This document shows positions 1 to 64,000 of a stretch of 64,000 bases of DNA, one piece after another. The notes beneath the pieces were generated by a model. It was not told the origin of the DNA and ran no database searches. It saw nothing but the letters and a program-made list of their open reading frames with translations. How positions within the stretch are numbered: position 1 is the stretch's first letter; every line of letters starts with the position of its first letter. This DNA is from Octopus sinensis (lineage: Eukaryota): contig NC_043004.1 in NCBI RefSeq assembly GCF_006345805.1, positions 55,676,001-55,740,000 of the forward strand. Direction: 5' to 3'. The position numbers and the translations under genes were made by a program.

Positions 1-865
1 GCTATCTTGCAAGGAACTAAAGGAGCCTTCACATAGATGCACACACACACACACTGAGAGTAGGCCCATTCATGCACACATACACTGAAAACAGGCCCAT
101 TCATGCACCAACAGTGGGCCCATTCATTGGAGCCATGACCACCACTCTCTAAAAACAGAAATAATTGCTAATTTAGGTATAGTGAAGACACATTTTTGCA
201 AAGGGTACATTTGGTCAATTCAACTGATGATGGCCAAAACGTTTTACACAAAGCCAGCAATTTTTGAGAGACGGGAGCAAATTGATGACATTGACCCGAG
301 TACTTGATTAGTACATTATTTATTGACCCTGTAGAGGAGAAAAGCAAAGTTGACCTGTGTAGGATTTGAACTCAGAAATAATAAGCAAATTACATTTAAC
401 CATTTTAAATAAAGAAGAACCCATTAGACAATATAGTTTGATACACAAAAAAGATTTGGTAGTCATGACAAGAGCACCTTCACTTCCAGGTCTGTTTGAT
501 CAGGGCAGACCTGGGACTAAAAAACAACAACAACAGCAGCAAATATTCTATTTTATAGGATGAAAGACAAAGTTGATCTTGGCAGGGCCTGAATGCAGAA
601 AGTAAAGGGGTGGAACTAAATACTGCAATGAAATTAGTCTGGCTCTCTATTACTTCAGCCACTACAAGAGAAATAACTTAACAACATTACAAATAACAGG
701 TGTGGACTATGTCAACACACTGAAATATTTAGGGAGGTTGATATGATTAAGGCAGAGACCCAGGAAGGTCATAGTCTAATGAGAGAAATAAAAAAATGAA
801 TAAAAAAAAACAGTCTCATTTGTTTACTAAATATGAAGTGTGTAAAGAAATGCAGAGATTCTTAC

Positions 866-60067
<59,202 letters not shown>

Positions 60068-60152
60068 CTGAAAACATTACAAAAAGGGAAAAGTTAACAT
60101 TAGATGAAGAGAAAGGAGGTGAAGCTCAAAGAACTATGAGATGGATGTAAAC

Positions 60153-60313
60153 CAGCTGCTCGCAACAGGAGTCCACCTATAATTTTGATGTTACAAATTA
60201 TGCACAAAAAATTGGTCATAGTTCTACAATACGCAAAATGTTTTAACAATTTTTTAAAATACAATTTCAAGTAATATTTAATTATAGAAATATAAAATGG
60301 TTGAGAACCACTG
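60153..60313. mobile_element. hAT-type MITE
   Basis: Termini cagctgctcgcaac / gttgagaaccactg; perfect 8-bp TSD atgtaaac. Confidence 0.8.
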
Positions 60314-61169
60314 ATGTAAACAGAAGCTAAAACAACCTGGAATAAGTTGCAGAAAATCTCTTATCATTTATCATTTTATGTTCATTTTCCCTTGCAGGTG
60401 TAGCAATAACCATTTTAGCCATTTTGAAATGTGGCGCGAATTGGCAATATGACGTAATGTCGTATTGCCGAGGAAATATCATTTTCGTTTTTTTCCATTG
60501 GTAAATATAACTGCTCATATAAAGATTCTAGAAGTTTCAAAAAGAATATCTGACATGGATTTCGATTCTTTTTAGTCAAGTTGAGCAGTTATAAAAACCC
60601 TGGATTTTGGAAGATATTTCAGTGTTCGTTGGTAGTCACTCAACTCCACGTCACTCACTCTTTTGGAGACATCGGTAATTTTTATGCCATGTCCAAGTTA
60701 ATCACAAATCTATTTTGATTTGTTGGTTAACGTATTAGATAGAAAGAAGAAATTAGCTAAGGAATTTATAGTTGTGTTTCTCCATGACAAAGTTATCTTT
60801 CTTACTGTAAAAAAATATAAAATGTTATATTATATAATAAAAAATAATTAAAAGGAAATGTTTCTCTTCACGTTTGTTTTTCAACTGAACATAGATATGC
60901 ATTTCTGTAATCTTTGATTTATGTTTCTTATAGCGGTTTAAAGGACACGATTAAAATATTCAACATACATTGTCGTTGATGTAGCGTTTCATGCGTATAT
61001 GTCTATATGACATTATAACTGCAGTTAGGGTTTTAGATATAATGATAACACTTGAGTATAAGTGATGTTGAATCATTATATTCTCCCTTACTCAGAGAAA
61101 AGACAAAATAAATAATATAACCTAAGAGAAAGCTTAAGGTAGAATAACCGAAAACCGCCGTAGGAAACA

Positions 61170-61600
61170 GGTATGGATTACATGGGTCTCTTTCAGAACT
61201 GCATTTCTCAAGCTGTTCCAGTCATTCACACTCTCTTTAAGGAACTGCATTCTAACATCAGACCTTACTTCTCCCATCTGTTTCAATCTTCCTCATTAGC
61301 AGGATCCTTTTCTTTGCATCATTTGACACTTTCCACTCAACTGTCAATCCTCATATGCATTACATGTCTGCACTAACACTGTCTACCCCTCTTGCATGCT
61401 ATATCTGATTTTCTGATTGCTTTGATGCTCAATTTTTTTTCTCTCCCTTTACCAGTGTCCCATCGTTCACATACATTGACATTTGGATCATATCTTTCCA
61501 GTATTTGTGCAACTTTTGCTAATAAAGATCAGGCCTCATACACAAATGCCATATAATTTGCTCTTTGCTCAGAAGATCGGGGAAAGAACTGCTAGTTGCC
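61170..61600 (-). mobile_element. Decayed RTE-like LINE 3' region
   Basis: Minus-strand remnants resembling the RTE C-terminal W.GHV.RM region; heavily mutated. Confidence 0.35.
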
Positions 61601-61711
61601 AATAATTCCATCAACTTTTTGGACTCAGTTTCATATTTGAAAATGAAAATAAAAGCTGAGTATAGGAGATGATGATGATGATGATGATATTCAGAATATT
61701 AAATAAAATTA

Positions 61712-61879
61712 TCTACACTCACGGAGTGGTTGGCGTTAGGAAGGGCATCCAGCTGTAGAAACACTGCCAGATCAGAGTGAGCCTGGTGCAGCCTCCTGGC
61801 TTCCCAGACCCCAGTTGAACCGTCCAACCCATGCTAGCATGGAAAGCGGACGTTAAACGATGATGATGATGATGATGAT
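61712..61879 (+). mobile_element. SINE family D 3' part
   Basis: Homology plus (GAT)n tail. Confidence 0.8.
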
Positions 61880-62242
61880 CTGAAAAACGTATTTTAATTT
61901 AGTTTTAAAGGAAATGTTTTCAGAATAACCAACTGAAGACATGGTGAGGCCACGCACAGCTGATATGTGGATCGTTATTCTGCTTGTATGTAACATTTTA
62001 GGCTGTGACTAATACATCTGTTCTGATAACTCAAGAGTGAAGATTAAACTCATTGAGATTTATCTAGTGAATCAGCATTTACACTGTTGTTGTCTCCCTT
62101 AGTATACAAGCTCTGTATTCACATATTAGCATGAATCAAATTTGCATGAATTATGAAAATTTAATGTCAATGCATTGAATATAAAGGTAGGTCATACATC
62201 AGTTGGTATATGTGTGCGTGTGTATAGGCATACACATATATA

Positions 62243-62624
62243 TCATCATCATCATCGTTGTCGTTTAACGTCCATTTTCCGTGCTAGCATGGGTTGGACG
62301 GTTTGACTGGGGTCTGGGAAGCCATGCCCTTCCTAATACCAACCACTCCGTGAGTGTAGTGGGTGCTTTTTACGTGCCACCGGCACAGGTGTGAGGGGAG
62401 GCTGGCAGCGGACACGATCGGTTGGTGCATTTTACGTGCTACCAGCACAGAAGCCAGTCAAGGCGGCGCTGGCATCGGCCATGTTCGGATGGTGCTTTTT
62501 ATGTGCCACCAGCACAGGTATCACAACTACAATTTCCATTTGATATTTATTTTGATGTTGGTGTACTTGACTCAATAGGTCTCCTCAAGCACAGCAGGTC
62601 ATGTGCCACTGGCACAGAAGCCAG

Positions 62625-62625
<1 letters not shown>
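62243..62625 (-). mobile_element. SINE family D
   Basis: Homology to family D. Confidence 0.75.
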
Positions 62626-62691
<66 letters not shown>

Positions 62692-63111
62692 CATCATCAT
62701 CATCATTTAATGTCTGCTTTCCATGCTGGTATGGGTTAGATGATTTGACTGGAACTGGTAAGCTGCAGCAGGTTCCAGTTTGGTTTGGCATGGTTTCTAC
62801 AGCTGGATGCCCATCTAATATTTAGGCATATAAACCCAAGACAGGAAAAAAATGGGTTTACATACCTGTAACTTAGTGGTTCAGTGGCAAGAGAGATCGA
62901 TAGAATAAGTACCAAACTTTAAAAAAAAAATACTGGGGTTGATTCCTTCAACTCAAAATTCTAGAAGGTGGTGCCCCACCATGGCTGCAGTCTAATGACT
63001 GAATGTAAAAGGACAAACACATACACACTTCATAGTTTAGCCAACCCATAGTGATGATTTTACCCATCTAAACAATGCTCTACAGTTACTTCTCATATAT
63101 AATATTAAATT

Positions 63112-63473
63112 GTGGAGGCGCAATGGCCCAGTAGTTAGGGCAGCGGACTCGCGGTCGTAGGATCGCGGTTTCGATTCCCAGACCGGGTGTTGTGAGTGTT
63201 TATTGAGCGAAAACACCTAAAGCTCCACGAGGCTCCGGCAGGGGATGGTGGTGATCCTTGCTGTACTCTTTCACCACAACTTTCTCTCACTCTTACTTCC
63301 TGTTTCTGTTGGCCTTGTCACTCTCTGTGCCACGCTGAATATCCCTGAGAACTACGTTAAGGGTACACGTATCTGTGGAGTGTTCAGCCACTTACATGTT
63401 AATTTCATGAGCAGGCTGTTCCGTTGATCAGATCAACCGGAACCCTCGTCCTCGTAACCGACTGAGTGCTTCC
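63112..63473 (+). mobile_element. SINE family B, tail type 2
   Basis: 13-bp TSD ataatattaaatt (63099-111 / 63474-86). Confidence 0.9.
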
Positions 63474-63943
63474 ATAATATTAAATTAATTGCCTCAATAT
63501 TTATTAAATTAGAAAAGGTTTTATAATAACCATTCAGAGCTAACAGATGATAAACTAAGACAATATATGTATTGATTAAAGTCTGTCAGTTGCTTTGTTT
63601 GCAATTCATTCATAAGTCAGCTGAATATTGTGTTAAGAATTGGGGACACCATTATATATCAATACAATACAACTTCGATTATGAAGAAAATGTGTGTGGC
63701 AGTTGCAAACGAAAAATAATTCAACCACTAGACAGAATAAATAGTTGAAATAATTTCTATAAATATTAGAGGTTGAGTATATAAGGTGTGAAGTAACACA
63801 GTGGGGCTAAGCAAAAAGAAATAAGTGTGTGTGTGTGATTATCCTTCTATTCATCATCATCATCACTTTAATACCTATCGGATGGTCTTTAAGGCAGCCA
63901 GCTGGTACAGAATCCCCAGCACACTGGGTGAAATGCTTACCCT

Positions 63944-64000
63944 TTACACTTTTACTTGTTTCAGTCATTTGACTGCGGCCATGCTGGAGCACCGCCTTTA
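63944..64000 (-). mobile_element. SINE family A tail (cut by window edge)
   Basis: cttttacttgtttcagtcatttgactgcggccatgctggagcacc. Confidence 0.75.

Noticed and set aside
60068-64000. Search for the preceding WASHC5 exon (ending ...FPDNW)
   Set aside because: No matching reading frame was found by eye; it presumably lies beyond 64000.

Overview
Eukaryotic, AT-rich, repeat-dense genomic DNA. The SINE and microsatellite repertoire looks like a coleoid cephalopod (Octopus-like); this is recognition from memory, not a database result. The whole window lies inside one minus-strand gene, WASHC5 (strumpellin, KIAA0196/SPG8). I traced 18 consecutive GT-AG coding exons between 60067 and 866 (2229 nt, 743 codons, all phases compatible, roughly human residues 289-1028). 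Both gene ends are outside the window. The introns contain about 20 copies of a CORE-like tRNA-SINE with an internal microsatellite, a modular tRNA-SINE with three alternative tails, Nin-domain SINEs and (GAT)n-tailed SINEs, one of which has expanded into a 3.2-kb GC-rich higher-order minisatellite. They also hold five non-autonomous Helitrons, piggyBac- and hAT-type MITEs, and decayed CR1, R4/Dong, RTE and Tc1 fragments. The most notable signal is two unrelated ~355-365-nt retrozyme/Penelope-like units carrying minimal type I hammerhead ribozymes. The one antisense to the host gene has an intact catalytic core (48581-48643); the one sense to the pre-mRNA has a mutated core (37486-37544). Several local templated duplications and inversions are also visible. 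Nearly all ORFs in the supplied track are repeat artefacts.
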